This document shows, in pieces, positions 47,785 to 57,608 of a DNA stretch of 64,000 nt (within the stretch, counting starts at the first letter, position 1; the number at the start of each line of letters is the position of its first letter). The translations under genes and the position numbers were made by a program. This stretch comes from a virus: IMG/VR virus record IMGVR_UViG_3300024258_000005, one strand, 5' to 3'. The notes under the pieces are model-generated. The model was not told where the DNA came from. It did not search any database and saw nothing but the letters and a program-made list of their open reading frames with translations.

Positions 47785-47930
47785 GGAGATATAATGTATA
47801 GTTGGGAAAATAATGATTAATCAGTTAGAAAAATTAAAAAAATTAGATTTAACTGAAAAGGAAGTAGAAGAGCTTGGAATTATTATTGAAGTATTTGATG
47901 ATTATCCGATAAAAGAAGAAGGAACTTTAG

Positions 47931-48629
47931 ATGAGTTTAAATATAAAAATTTTTAAAGATCGATCTATATTGCTTCATAATGATCGATATATTTACGATA
48001 AAGTAATTTATAAAAATTTGAAAACAAAAGTTGATATAATTTGCAAAGATCATGGATTATATCAACAATTACCAATTGTACATTTGCGGGGAAGCGGATG
48101 TTCCAAATGTAGTAAAGTTTATAAATATTCAACATTAAGTTTTATAGAAAAAGCTCAGATAATTCATCAAAATAAATACACTTATAAAAAAACAAAATAT
48201 GTAAACAATTCTAAACATTTAATAATAACATGTCCTCATCATGGTGATTTTAAACAAAACGCTAAAGGACATTTAAATAATAAAAATGGTTGTCCTATTT
48301 GTAAAATACCAAAAGGTGAATTAAAAATTAGAAAATTATTATTGGAAAATAATATAGAATTTACACATCATCAAAAATTTAAAGATTGTGCTTATAAAAA
48401 TAAATTATCGTTTGATTTTTATTTACCCAATTTGAATATGTGTATAGAATATGATGGTATTCAGCATTTTGAACCAGTTGAATATTTTGGTGGAGATAAA
48501 GTGTTTAAATTACAAATTAAAAAAGATTTAATTAAAACACAATATTGTGAAAAGAATAATATAAAATTAGTTAGAATAAAATATAATGATAATATATTAA
48601 AAGTATTGATAGGAGAACATATAATATGA
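47931..48629 (+). CDS. Putative homing endonuclease (CxxH/CxxC repeats + PD-(D/E)XK)
   Basis: Two Y.Y.K..Y......I.C..HG......HL....CP.C repeats; FDFYLPNLNMCIEYDGIQHF. Confidence 0.85.
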   Translation: MSLNIKIFKDRSILLHNDRYIYDKVIYKNLKTKVDIICKDHGLYQQLPIVHLRGSGCSKCSKVYKYSTLSFIEKAQIIHQNKYTYKKTKYVNNSKHLIITCPHHGDFKQNAKGHLNNKNGCPICKIPKGELKIRKLLLENNIEFTHHQKFKDCAYKNKLSFDFYLPNLNMCIEYDGIQHFEPVEYFGGDKVFKLQIKKDLIKTQYCEKNNIKLVRIKYNDNILKVLIGEHII

Positions 48630-49114
48630 TTAATCCATTAGAAAAAGTTAGACCTCGAGTTAATCATTTTAATTATAAAGATCATTCTCATTATGTTTAC
48701 GTTTATCTTAATCCTTTTAGGGAAGTTCAGTCTAAGTATAGATTACCTGGACAATTTATAGAATTTGCATATGAACCTATTTATGTAGGTAAGGGAACAA
48801 GTGGTAAGGGTTATCGTTTAAATCAGCATATTGCTGAATATTTAAAGAATGGTGAAGAAACAAGAAATCATCAAACAATACATAATGAAACAAAAAAGAA
48901 TGCTTTTAAAGAACTTGAGAAAAATATGAAAACATTTGGTCATACGAATGTTAAGTATCCTCGAGATTGGGAAGAGTATCAAAAAGATTGGGTTATAGTT
49001 ATTAAAGCTCTTAATAATCCAGATGCGTTATCTAGATTTGAAAGTACATTAATTAAAACGATTGGAACAGTTCGAAGAGGTACTGGTCCGTTGGTAAATG
49101 CCCTACTGGGTTAA
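48626..49114 (+). CDS. GIY-YIG-like endonuclease (paralog of 90..560)
   Basis: YVYVY...EPIYVGKG...RL.QH; GPLVN. Confidence 0.7.
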   Translation: MINPLEKVRPRVNHFNYKDHSHYVYVYLNPFREVQSKYRLPGQFIEFAYEPIYVGKGTSGKGYRLNQHIAEYLKNGEETRNHQTIHNETKKNAFKELEKNMKTFGHTNVKYPRDWEEYQKDWVIVIKALNNPDALSRFESTLIKTIGTVRRGTGPLVNALLG

Positions 49115-49131
49115 ATAAAAAGGAAAAAAAA

Positions 49132-49503
49132 ATGAAAGAAAGATTACAGTCTGGTAAGATGACTATAAATTGGAACAACATGGATTATGTTGAAGTAGAG
49201 AAAGATGTTGATTGTTACATAGTACATTATATGTTTCGTCCTAAAATAAAAACAGAAAAGTTAAAGATTCTAAAAGAATTTAAAACTGTTACTTTAATGA
49301 GAGACTTTTTTCAGAAGATGAATTTCTTTGAAGTTGGAAATTATTTTGTAAATGCAAATAACTTTTCAGTTATAACTGATGATTCTTATAATGAAAAATC
49401 AAAAAAGAATACTGTTACATGTTATATGAAAAATACTGCTCCTTTAGAAATAGAAATTACTAGAGACCAATGGACATCAATTAAAAATACTAAGCTACTG
49501 TAG
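49132..49503 (+). CDS. Hypothetical protein
   Basis: 123 aa, AAGGAAA RBS; last gene of the + block. Confidence 0.75.
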   Translation: MKERLQSGKMTINWNNMDYVEVEKDVDCYIVHYMFRPKIKTEKLKILKEFKTVTLMRDFFQKMNFFEVGNYFVNANNFSVITDDSYNEKSKKNTVTCYMKNTAPLEIEITRDQWTSIKNTKLL

Positions 49504-49515
49504 CTTAGTATTTTT
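49483..49515. terminator. 15-bp inverted repeat, probably a bidirectional terminator
   Basis: AAAAATACTAAGCTA-CTG-TAGCTTAGTATTTTT. Confidence 0.8.
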
Positions 49516-49583
49516 CTTGTCTTTAAATTCAAAGAACTAGAAATCTATAAAAAATAAAAAATTTACAGATTTTTGAAAAAACG

Positions 49584-49595
49584 ATCTTTAAAGAT
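49584..49595. repeat. Single ATCTTTAAAGAT palindrome
   Basis: ACG-ATCTTTAAAGAT-AAT. Confidence 0.9.
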
Positions 49596-49648
49596 AATAA
49601 CCATGTAAAATTATATATTAGTTGTTTATTTCGTTATCTAATTTTTCT

Positions 49649-49775
49649 ATCTTTAAAGATCGAAAAATTTTATCTTTAAAGATCGAAAAATTTTATCTTT
49701 AAAGATCGAAAAATTTTATCTTTAAAGATCGAAAAATTTTATCTTTAAAGATCGAAAAATTTTATCTTTAAAGAT
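49649..49775. repeat. Perfect 23-bp tandem array (5 full units, 6 palindrome copies)
   Basis: (ATCTTTAAAGATCGAAAAATTTT)x5 + ATCTTTAAAGAT; copies at 49649, 49672, 49695, 49718, 49741, 49764. Confidence 0.95.
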
Positions 49776-49807
49776 AAATATTCCTCTGAACTGAGCCACA
49801 AGAAATT

Positions 49808-49834
49808 ATTGCATATACTTTGAGTATATGCAAT
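49808..49834. terminator. 12-bp inverted repeat downstream of the - strand block
   Basis: ATTGCATATACT-TTG-AGTATATGCAAT. Confidence 0.7.
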
Positions 49835-49914
49835 TTATTTTATTGTTCGATGATTTGTATTACCTTCGATATAAAACCTTGTAAACCTATAGATATGTGA
49901 AGATTACCCTATAT

Positions 49915-51252
49915 TTAAAATACTCTCCAATCTCCGTTTACATATAGAATTGTACTAACACTATCATTTACTGTTAGATTATAATCAGTACTTGAACCCA
50001 TAATAAGAACAGGTGAAGTTAGTATAACATTCTTGATATTAAAATTACTTTTAATATCAAGAATTTGAATTGATTCATTGTCAGCTAAGGGAGTTCCTAA
50101 TGTGACTATAATTGATCCATCTTTGTTTGGTACTAAATTAGTAATCGTAGCATCTGAACTTGTCATGGTAAATGCTACACCGGGCACATCTGCCGTAACT
50201 ATAATAGCTTGACCAATAACTACTGCAGTGACAACACTACCAACATTGGTATTAATAATATCTTTAATTCCAATTAAAATAGAAGTTTCACTTGAGTTTT
50301 GATTATTAATAATTATTGTAGATGTAAATGTTCCTGCTGTAACCCCTAATGTAAATGGAGTACCACCAACGTTAGCATCTACTGTAATAGAGGTTGCATT
50401 ATTTGTAATAGTAACTGGTTGAGCTGCAGCATTTAATGAAATAACAAGACCATCAATAATTTCAACAAGTGTAGTAAGATGATTTGGTGTTGTTATTGTT
50501 GCTGTCATTGTACCAGTTGTAACAACTGCAATATGAGATGTACCAGCAACATCCGATGTCACTGTAAAAGTTCCTAGTAAATCGGTTGCTGTTACACTAG
50601 TGTTTATAAGTACTTCATTATTAATAGCTAAAACTAATCCTGCTGTAATTTCTTCAATTGTTGCGCCTACACCTGAAGTAAAACCTATTAACGTACCATT
50701 GATTGTAACCTCATATAACGTGCTATCTACAGCTGTTATCGTATCAATCGTAGTAACCTGTGCATCTGTTGTTAAACTCGTATAACTCGCAGCTATGCCA
50801 TTTAGAGTAGCTGTATATAATGTTGAGTCCGTTACAACAAAATTTTCTAATACGTTTTGTTGAGCAACTGTAACACTAGTATGTAAACATGGAGTACCAT
50901 TAATAGTAACAGTATAAGGTGCATTGTCCAAAACAGCTATAGCGGAAATTTCATTTTTTTGTGCTGTAGTAACAGTTGTATCACATAATAAAAATTCATT
51001 ATCCTTAGAAGTATAATCATCTGTTACTGTTACATAATCTGGTGTAGTTGGTGTATCTATAATTTTCTTTAAATTGAAATTGATTTTATCAACCATTCTA
51101 TCATCACCTTCAGGAATAAAATATATTCCTGAAGCTTCTGGTGTGTCTGGACTAAAATCAAAAGTTCCATTATCATAATCTAATTGGTCCGCGGCTTCTC
51201 TTGCAATTTTATTTGCATCCGCTGCGGCGAATAAGTCATTTAATTCTGGCAT
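49915..51252 (-). CDS. Tail fibre/baseplate-associated beta-rich protein with nested repeats
   Basis: T/V-rich; YVTVTDDYT..CDTT...GSIIVTL...ILDIKSNF...LYVNGDW tail-fibre-type motif; three nested modules. Confidence 0.7.
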   Translation of the reverse strand: MPELNDLFAAADANKIAREAADQLDYDNGTFDFSPDTPEASGIYFIPEGDDRMVDKINFNLKKIIDTPTTPDYVTVTDDYTSKDNEFLLCDTTVTTAQKNEISAIAVLDNAPYTVTINGTPCLHTSVTVAQQNVLENFVVTDSTLYTATLNGIAASYTSLTTDAQVTTIDTITAVDSTLYEVTINGTLIGFTSGVGATIEEITAGLVLAINNEVLINTSVTATDLLGTFTVTSDVAGTSHIAVVTTGTMTATITTPNHLTTLVEIIDGLVISLNAAAQPVTITNNATSITVDANVGGTPFTLGVTAGTFTSTIIINNQNSSETSILIGIKDIINTNVGSVVTAVVIGQAIIVTADVPGVAFTMTSSDATITNLVPNKDGSIIVTLGTPLADNESIQILDIKSNFNIKNVILTSPVLIMGSSTDYNLTVNDSVSTILYVNGDWRVF

Positions 51253-51270
51253 AATTTTCCTTTGTTTATT

Positions 51271-53625
51271 TTATGTTAATTTAACTTCATTAACTTTGTG
51301 TTGTCCAAAAATATCAGTTGTACCGAATTTAAGAACAATTGTTGCATTATCACCTAATAAATCAAGTACGTCTTCGCCAATTAAATCATTCTCATCTACA
51401 AATACTTTAGAAGCAATTTGATCTGTATAAATACCTTGATCATAACCAACAGTAATATCATTTAATTCAATTGGAGCACCCATACCATCAGCAACTCTAA
51501 TGATTTCACCAATAGGGCCGGCTGAACCATTAGGATCTAAATTAGAGAATTTTAAATCAGAATCTAATTTAAGAGAAATATCAAATGTTGAATTAGGAAC
51601 ATTAAGATATATAACATAATCAATATTATTAATTGTGCCAGCAAGTACTTGAACTTTATCAATTACTGTAGAGAATACTGTATCAATATCTGCATCTGTA
51701 AGTGAACCAGGATTATTTACATATTTAAACATCTTCTGTAAGAATGGTAAAATAGTATCATAACGAACCATTTCAACCTGCAACTCTTCTGTTTGTTGAG
51801 CTAGTGCTTCATTAGAATCAGTATTTGCTGTGGCAACATTATCAATTTGTGTTTGAAGATTAGCAATGCTACCAATTTGTAAAGAAGTATCATAATCTAG
51901 GATTTTTTTATCAGTTGAACCCTCAACTGTATCATCTCCATTTATAATAGTTATTGAACCGGTAGTTGCGTTGTTTAATGTATTATCTAAAACATCTACT
52001 GCCGTTTTTACTGTATGACTTACTGAACCGGCAGTACCTATATTACCATTTAATAATAATAGTGCATCTTTATTTAAATTGATTTGTGTCATTGGCCAAT
52101 TTGTTGCCAAATATGTTGCTATATGCCCATCTGTTAATAATTTAAATCCTGTTGTGGATGCATCTGCAATCCAAGCTTGTAAGTTTAAATCCCCTACTTC
52201 AGATGCAGTTACTCCTGTAGCTGAAGTACCAAAATATGTTACAAATCTATCCATTATATCATTTGCAAATGCTTTATCTGTTTCGATTTTCATATCATAA
52301 AGAACTGTAGGTGTAAATACTGTTGTAGTTGCTCCTACATATGTTAGTGTATCATCTACTATTGTAGATGATATATTAGCAATTGCAAGTTCAACTGTAT
52401 CTACATCTGTTTCAAGTGTAGATATTTTAGAATCTTGTACTACATCAATTGCTTCTGTTGCAGATATTCTAACTATATTAGAATTTACAACAGCTGTTAA
52501 ATCAATTACTGTTTGATTTGATGAGGCACTTGATGCTGTAGCAGATGCTTCTAATGCATCGATATCAGCACGTAGTTGAATTGTATAATCAATAAGACCA
52601 TTTCCACTAGCATATATAGAATCATATATACTTTGAGGATTTAAATTTTCAATTGTAGTTAAACGAAGTTGTAATCCTAATGTATCATTAAGTCCTACAA
52701 TATCTGATAATGTATTATGTAAGCCAGTTAAAACTTTTACATCACCAATCAAACCTGAGTCATTATTTATATCTAAATTTCCAAGTCTTTGTTCTAAGTA
52801 ATTTACTTTGGGATTTACAAATGCAATTTGTGCATTTAAACTAGTTCTTGTTGTTTGTGCAAAGAATGTTAATCCACTTACATTATCCCCAACGAGTGAT
52901 AAAAGTCCTTCATATGTACCATCACCAAAAATCATATCTTTATTTAATTTATTATCTTTAACTAGTCCACTACCAACATCACCAATTATTGTTTGAACCT
53001 CTGCTAATCTTGGAACAAGACCAGTACCAGCTGCTGATGTAATAACTTGTTGATCAATTATATCATCTTGAGCGGCTGCAAGTTCTGTTGCTGTTTGTGT
53101 AACAATATCTGATATGCCTGTGAATTGTTGTAGTAAACCGCCTGTACCTGTAATACCAACAGCATCTTCTAATACATCAATCTGTTTTACCATACCTGTA
53201 TTAGAGTCACCTATAATATCAACAAGTGCTACTGTATCTGCTACAATACCACCATTTCCATCAACGCCTTCTAATTGTATTCGAAATGCTTCTAAACTAT
53301 CAACTGTAGTTGTTAATGCTTCATCTGTTAATTGTACGATTTTAGCAAAAATTGCATCATTAAATAAATTTATTCTTGAATCGATTTCTGCTTGTGCAGT
53401 TGCAATTAAAGCATCTAAGTCAAAAGTTACAGCACTTAATCCACCATCTTGCATTGCTTTGATATCATCAACTATATTAGCTAAATTTTGTGACATTACA
53501 GAATGGTAGCTAAAATGTGAATAACCAATTAGGTTTATATTTAAATATGGTACAGTTGTCGCCACAGGAACAATTACTTCACCTGTAGTTGTTTGTACAA
53601 TGTATGATTCATTGCTTAATGCCAT
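51271..53625 (-). CDS. Long coiled-coil tail fibre/shaft protein
   Basis: 784 aa; heptad stretches separated by GL/DG turns; N-terminal LIG...Y...QNL motif. Confidence 0.65.
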   Translation of the reverse strand: MALSNESYIVQTTTGEVIVPVATTVPYLNINLIGYSHFSYHSVMSQNLANIVDDIKAMQDGGLSAVTFDLDALIATAQAEIDSRINLFNDAIFAKIVQLTDEALTTTVDSLEAFRIQLEGVDGNGGIVADTVALVDIIGDSNTGMVKQIDVLEDAVGITGTGGLLQQFTGISDIVTQTATELAAAQDDIIDQQVITSAAGTGLVPRLAEVQTIIGDVGSGLVKDNKLNKDMIFGDGTYEGLLSLVGDNVSGLTFFAQTTRTSLNAQIAFVNPKVNYLEQRLGNLDINNDSGLIGDVKVLTGLHNTLSDIVGLNDTLGLQLRLTTIENLNPQSIYDSIYASGNGLIDYTIQLRADIDALEASATASSASSNQTVIDLTAVVNSNIVRISATEAIDVVQDSKISTLETDVDTVELAIANISSTIVDDTLTYVGATTTVFTPTVLYDMKIETDKAFANDIMDRFVTYFGTSATGVTASEVGDLNLQAWIADASTTGFKLLTDGHIATYLATNWPMTQINLNKDALLLLNGNIGTAGSVSHTVKTAVDVLDNTLNNATTGSITIINGDDTVEGSTDKKILDYDTSLQIGSIANLQTQIDNVATANTDSNEALAQQTEELQVEMVRYDTILPFLQKMFKYVNNPGSLTDADIDTVFSTVIDKVQVLAGTINNIDYVIYLNVPNSTFDISLKLDSDLKFSNLDPNGSAGPIGEIIRVADGMGAPIELNDITVGYDQGIYTDQIASKVFVDENDLIGEDVLDLLGDNATIVLKFGTTDIFGQHKVNEVKLT

Positions 53626-53628
53626 TCG

Positions 53629-54819
53629 TTATCCTTTGTTTATTTCATTTAATATCCAACTATTAACTGTTATTGCAGTTACTGTTGGAAAATTTGTATC
53701 GAGGTAGCTAATTACTTGTGCTTCAATAAGGCCATTATAATTAACATCAAACATTTCTGCTTTTAAAGTGTCAAAATATCCAGTTACGATATTAAGTAAA
53801 TCTATATTAATAAAATCATCTTTAAATGTAGTAAATGCTTCATCTATAAATTGTCTCATTATTGTATTGTACTTAGTAGTTAAATATGTATCAACTTGTT
53901 GTGCAATTAATGCGTCGTAGTTTGTACCTAGTAGTTCAGCTCTAAGAGTGTCGAACTTGGCATCTATAATTGTATCAAATGAACTGTTTAAAAAATCATC
54001 TTTAAACGTATTAAACATCTCTTGTACCTTTTCAGGTGTAAGTGATTTTAATAGGAGATTTTTTAACTCAATTTCTTTATCGAGTATAATTTTTATTTCA
54101 TTATTTTGATATACTGATGTTATCAAAAAACTATTCGAATCTATTAGCGCTTGAACAGCAGCAATACTTTCATCAGTAACAAACGTTATATGACTTTTAA
54201 CACGTTCTAATAAATTTATTAATTCAGTGCTAGTCAAAATCTGCATAGTATCATTTGTATTTGATAATATAAGTTCTAATTTTTCAAAAGATATAAATAC
54301 ATTTTCTTCAAGTTTTTGATCTAATATATTTGTTGTGTATTGCTCTACTAGATTTAAATCTATAAGAACTTCAGGATTCAGTTGAATCACTTTAATAATA
54401 CTATCAAATAAACCATTAGCTTCTAAATCAGTTATATTAGGAACTCTTGTTACAAAATGTAACTGGCTATATAATAATGCATGTATATCATTCATTAGAA
54501 TTTCGTCATAAACTTTAGTTGCATCACTCATCAATAGGATGATCTGCTCTTCAGTTATATAATAAGCTTCTAATGCTTGTTTAAATAGAATTTGTAATTC
54601 ATACTCGGTAAAAATATTAAGTAAATTATCCGGGTCAGCTATTGCTGATTCAATTTTAGTTCGATCAAGAAGAATATATTCTCTGTCGAACTTTATACGT
54701 TGATCAATAATTAAATTTAAATCATTTTGATTAGCGAATGTAACAGGATCATGTAGGGTACTATCTCTAAGTACAGAATCTGTTATAACTTCATAAATAG
54801 GGCTAGTGTAACCTGCCAT
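53629..54819 (-). CDS. Hypothetical structural protein with an internal duplication
   Basis: F.TFKDDF.N...FDTL.AE....NY..LI..QV..YL.T repeated twice near the C-terminus. Confidence 0.7.
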   Translation of the reverse strand: MAGYTSPIYEVITDSVLRDSTLHDPVTFANQNDLNLIIDQRIKFDREYILLDRTKIESAIADPDNLLNIFTEYELQILFKQALEAYYITEEQIILLMSDATKVYDEILMNDIHALLYSQLHFVTRVPNITDLEANGLFDSIIKVIQLNPEVLIDLNLVEQYTTNILDQKLEENVFISFEKLELILSNTNDTMQILTSTELINLLERVKSHITFVTDESIAAVQALIDSNSFLITSVYQNNEIKIILDKEIELKNLLLKSLTPEKVQEMFNTFKDDFLNSSFDTIIDAKFDTLRAELLGTNYDALIAQQVDTYLTTKYNTIMRQFIDEAFTTFKDDFINIDLLNIVTGYFDTLKAEMFDVNYNGLIEAQVISYLDTNFPTVTAITVNSWILNEINKG

Positions 54820-54831
54820 TTTTTCTCCTTT

Positions 54832-57192
54832 TTATACTACTTGTATATTTAAATTAATTGAATCATAATCAAAGAAGAAATAAGGAGGAACAAAATTAAC
54901 TATATCAAATAGTTTTAAATCTGCTCCACCTAATTTATTATCCATTGCATTATAAATAATTCTGGCGCTGTTTGTTGTAAACACTTTGGGACTGATAACA
55001 TCGACATTTTTAATCATGTCATATATTTTAACAATTTCTTTTTCAAGTAGTGTCTCATAAAATTCAGTTTCAAACCCTTCAGCTGTTCGAAGAACTTTAT
55101 ATATTGTATCCTTCATATCATATTCAAGTTCTTCAATTGATTCATAATCAGATAAAGAGTATTTATATTTATCGATAATAAGATCGATTACAATAATATT
55201 TCTAGTAGTAAGAATATCACCATTAGTATTCTTATCAATAATATATTCTCTATATTTAGGTTCAATTGCAATCGTGTTATAAAATGATTGTGTTGTTCCT
55301 ACATTAAAACTAATTGTTTTAATATCTTTTTCCACTCGAAAGAAAGTATCTAGTTTAGTAAAGAACTTTTCTATATTAGAAAGTTTAAGATAATTTAATT
55401 CCAGAAAAGGTAAATGTAATACATATCTAGTTTCATCTTGAGTATTTAATATATCAAGTTCAGTGTAGTAAAAGTGATCTTGTTTTTTTACTAGTTGATT
55501 ATATGAACCAACAGAAGTGTAAGTCATTACAAGTAAAGTATCTTGATAAATATCAATTTCAATATCTGATAAATCATCTTCAAATAAACAATATTCATCT
55601 AGAAATCTTTGGTTGACAATTTGTTTAAATTCATTATGAATAGAAAGTTCCATATCAAATTTATTACTTCTAAGTTTATATGTATATAATGTATTGAAAT
55701 TTTTAAGTTCAAGACGAGTTTTTCTTTCAAAATAATCATATGTTATATAAAGACCTACAGAATTCTGTAACTTAGTAAGTCTATCAGTAGAAGTATCTGT
55801 TTTCAATTCTACTTTTATATTTGGTTGTACCATATATGCAGTATAATGATTAAATCTTTTCTTATAATAAAAAGGACTAATTAAATCGATACCTTCATAT
55901 GTTTTAGTTGGCATAAACAATTCTGATTGAAATTCTGATTCTTCTATGTTAAATGTATTTGTTGGCACTATACGTTGATTTGTATCTCTGATAATATTAT
56001 ATATAAATAAATGATTTTGAGAGTTAAAGAATTTTGGATCCACGAATGGGATACCATCATCCATTGTATACATAATTTCAAAATCATTAATTGATGTAAT
56101 TGAATTTCTTGTACTATTCTTTTTAATCATTTCGGTTTTTATATCTTCAATATCTTTAATATCCATACCAAGTTCACCACCACTTAAAGAAAGAACTTTT
56201 AAGTTGGTTTTAGAAGCAGTACTATAACCACCTTCATCCTCAGATGAAACAATAATATCTTCAAGATTGATCTCAGCAGAGTTTACATTACCTCCTGAAC
56301 CTTTAGTAAGCTTCGTTTCAATAATAATTTGATCACCCGCAAATAGCTTGCGACCATTAATACCATCACCAACTGTAAATATAAGTTGATTCTCGGCTAT
56401 CTTCAAATACAAGTTATCATCAAATTGGCTAGCATTAAATTTATTATATTTAATTTGCATTTGAGATAAATCACCATAACCTTTAATGTTATCAGTATCT
56501 AGTAAATATAAATCATCTAATTCAACTTCGGGTTTTTCATTTGCTTCATTTTTAATCCAAGCTTGAATCTCATAAATATCATCTAAACTAGGAATATCTA
56601 AAGAGAATGAAAATGTTTCGCCAATACCATAATCAGGTATGTTAAATTTGTGGAATGATCTTTTATATTGTCTAAGTCCATTATATTCAACCATGTACAT
56701 ATTTAAATCAGCGTTTAACGGATTCTGTACTTTACTTACTTCAAGTACATTAATTTCTGTATCTGAATATCTCTTTGCTGTTACAACTGAGTTATTTACA
56801 AAGATTTTTACATCTTCTTCTAATGTATAATTTAATCCTGAACCATCAACAAAACTCACATTTCTTTTAATATCATAAGTAATGATTTCACTTTCTCTTA
56901 ATCTGTATTCAGGGATAAGAAATGATATCTGCATTGAAGCAGGTGTACCAAAAGTAATGTTATAGTTTAGAATACTTGCGTGGAATAATAATGAACTAAA
57001 TTCTGTTGCTGTTGCAGGATTCATTTCGCGTAGCAGCTTATTATAATATATTGCATTATCATATTTAATGTTAGCAAATATATTAACTAATGTTCCAAGT
57101 GCTCCTGTTTTTAACAAAGCAGGATTACTAACTTTTAATGTATCACGAACTATATTTTCATAGTCTAAAAGTGTATCAGTAATACTTTTCAT
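54832..57192 (-). CDS. Baseplate wedge protein (T4 gp6/baseplate J-like)
   Basis: TA...SSL..HA....Y...PASM; FTVGDG..G...GD.I.I....TKGSGGN; GG....E.IK...NSITSINDF. Confidence 0.7.
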   Translation of the reverse strand: MKSITDTLLDYENIVRDTLKVSNPALLKTGALGTLVNIFANIKYDNAIYYNKLLREMNPATATEFSSLLFHASILNYNITFGTPASMQISFLIPEYRLRESEIITYDIKRNVSFVDGSGLNYTLEEDVKIFVNNSVVTAKRYSDTEINVLEVSKVQNPLNADLNMYMVEYNGLRQYKRSFHKFNIPDYGIGETFSFSLDIPSLDDIYEIQAWIKNEANEKPEVELDDLYLLDTDNIKGYGDLSQMQIKYNKFNASQFDDNLYLKIAENQLIFTVGDGINGRKLFAGDQIIIETKLTKGSGGNVNSAEINLEDIIVSSEDEGGYSTASKTNLKVLSLSGGELGMDIKDIEDIKTEMIKKNSTRNSITSINDFEIMYTMDDGIPFVDPKFFNSQNHLFIYNIIRDTNQRIVPTNTFNIEESEFQSELFMPTKTYEGIDLISPFYYKKRFNHYTAYMVQPNIKVELKTDTSTDRLTKLQNSVGLYITYDYFERKTRLELKNFNTLYTYKLRSNKFDMELSIHNEFKQIVNQRFLDEYCLFEDDLSDIEIDIYQDTLLVMTYTSVGSYNQLVKKQDHFYYTELDILNTQDETRYVLHLPFLELNYLKLSNIEKFFTKLDTFFRVEKDIKTISFNVGTTQSFYNTIAIEPKYREYIIDKNTNGDILTTRNIIVIDLIIDKYKYSLSDYESIEELEYDMKDTIYKVLRTAEGFETEFYETLLEKEIVKIYDMIKNVDVISPKVFTTNSARIIYNAMDNKLGGADLKLFDIVNFVPPYFFFDYDSINLNIQVV

Positions 57193-57208
57193 AAATCTCC
57201 TTTTTTTA

Positions 57209-57221
57209 TTTAATATTTGTT
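57209..57221 (-). promoter_or_regulatory. Candidate late promoter motif AACAAATATTAAA (second copy)
   Basis: 16 nt upstream of the wedge gene ATG (57192). Confidence 0.5.
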
Positions 57222-57263
57222 GGCTTGTTTGAAATTAACCTCAAGGAAATCTTAGAAAAGAAA

Positions 57264-57596
57264 TTAATCTTTTCTAAGAGAATCTAGGGCACCACCTGAG
57301 AAGTAAAATCCTAAGATGGCTAATATAATCATACCTAAATTAAAAGCCGCTATAATCGCTATAATCGCTTTATAGTCTACACCTATAGCATTAGCTGATA
57401 ATGCTAATGATATTGCTATAACATATATTAACGAGAAGATTAAAGCTATTGAACGTTGCATTAATTTGAACGCTGTGTACTCGCTAAACATAAAATTAAT
57501 TTGTTTGGTTTTTGTATCATCTGATATAGGAAGAGAGTTGATGAATTCAACTCTATCTGCTATATATTCTTTTGTTCCAAATATTTTTCCTATCAT
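57264..57596 (-). CDS. Holin-like membrane protein (3TM/GTA-holin-like)
   Basis: AFKLMQRSIAL followed by hydrophobic helices and LGFYFSGG. Confidence 0.6.
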   Translation of the reverse strand: MIGKIFGTKEYIADRVEFINSLPISDDTKTKQINFMFSEYTAFKLMQRSIALIFSLIYVIAISLALSANAIGVDYKAIIAIIAAFNLGMIILAILGFYFSGGALDSLRKD

Positions 57597-57608
57597 TTAT
57601 TTTCCTTC

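Noticed and set aside
47794-47956. Programmed frameshift joining MYSWENND (47794, with RBS) to MINQLEKL (47813)
   Set aside because: A single extra A in a short A-run explains it and there is no slippery heptamer. More likely an indel or sequencing error, which also calls for caution about the other frameshifts
1439-49524. Recurring TTCTTGTC(T/C)TT after hairpins (1439, 38603, 49514) as a promoter -35 element
   Set aside because: No consistent -10 hexamer at 16-18 bp; it is adequately explained as terminator U-tract sequence
49649-49775. CRISPR array
   Set aside because: The 11-bp segments between palindromes are identical, so there are no unique spacers; no cas genes are present
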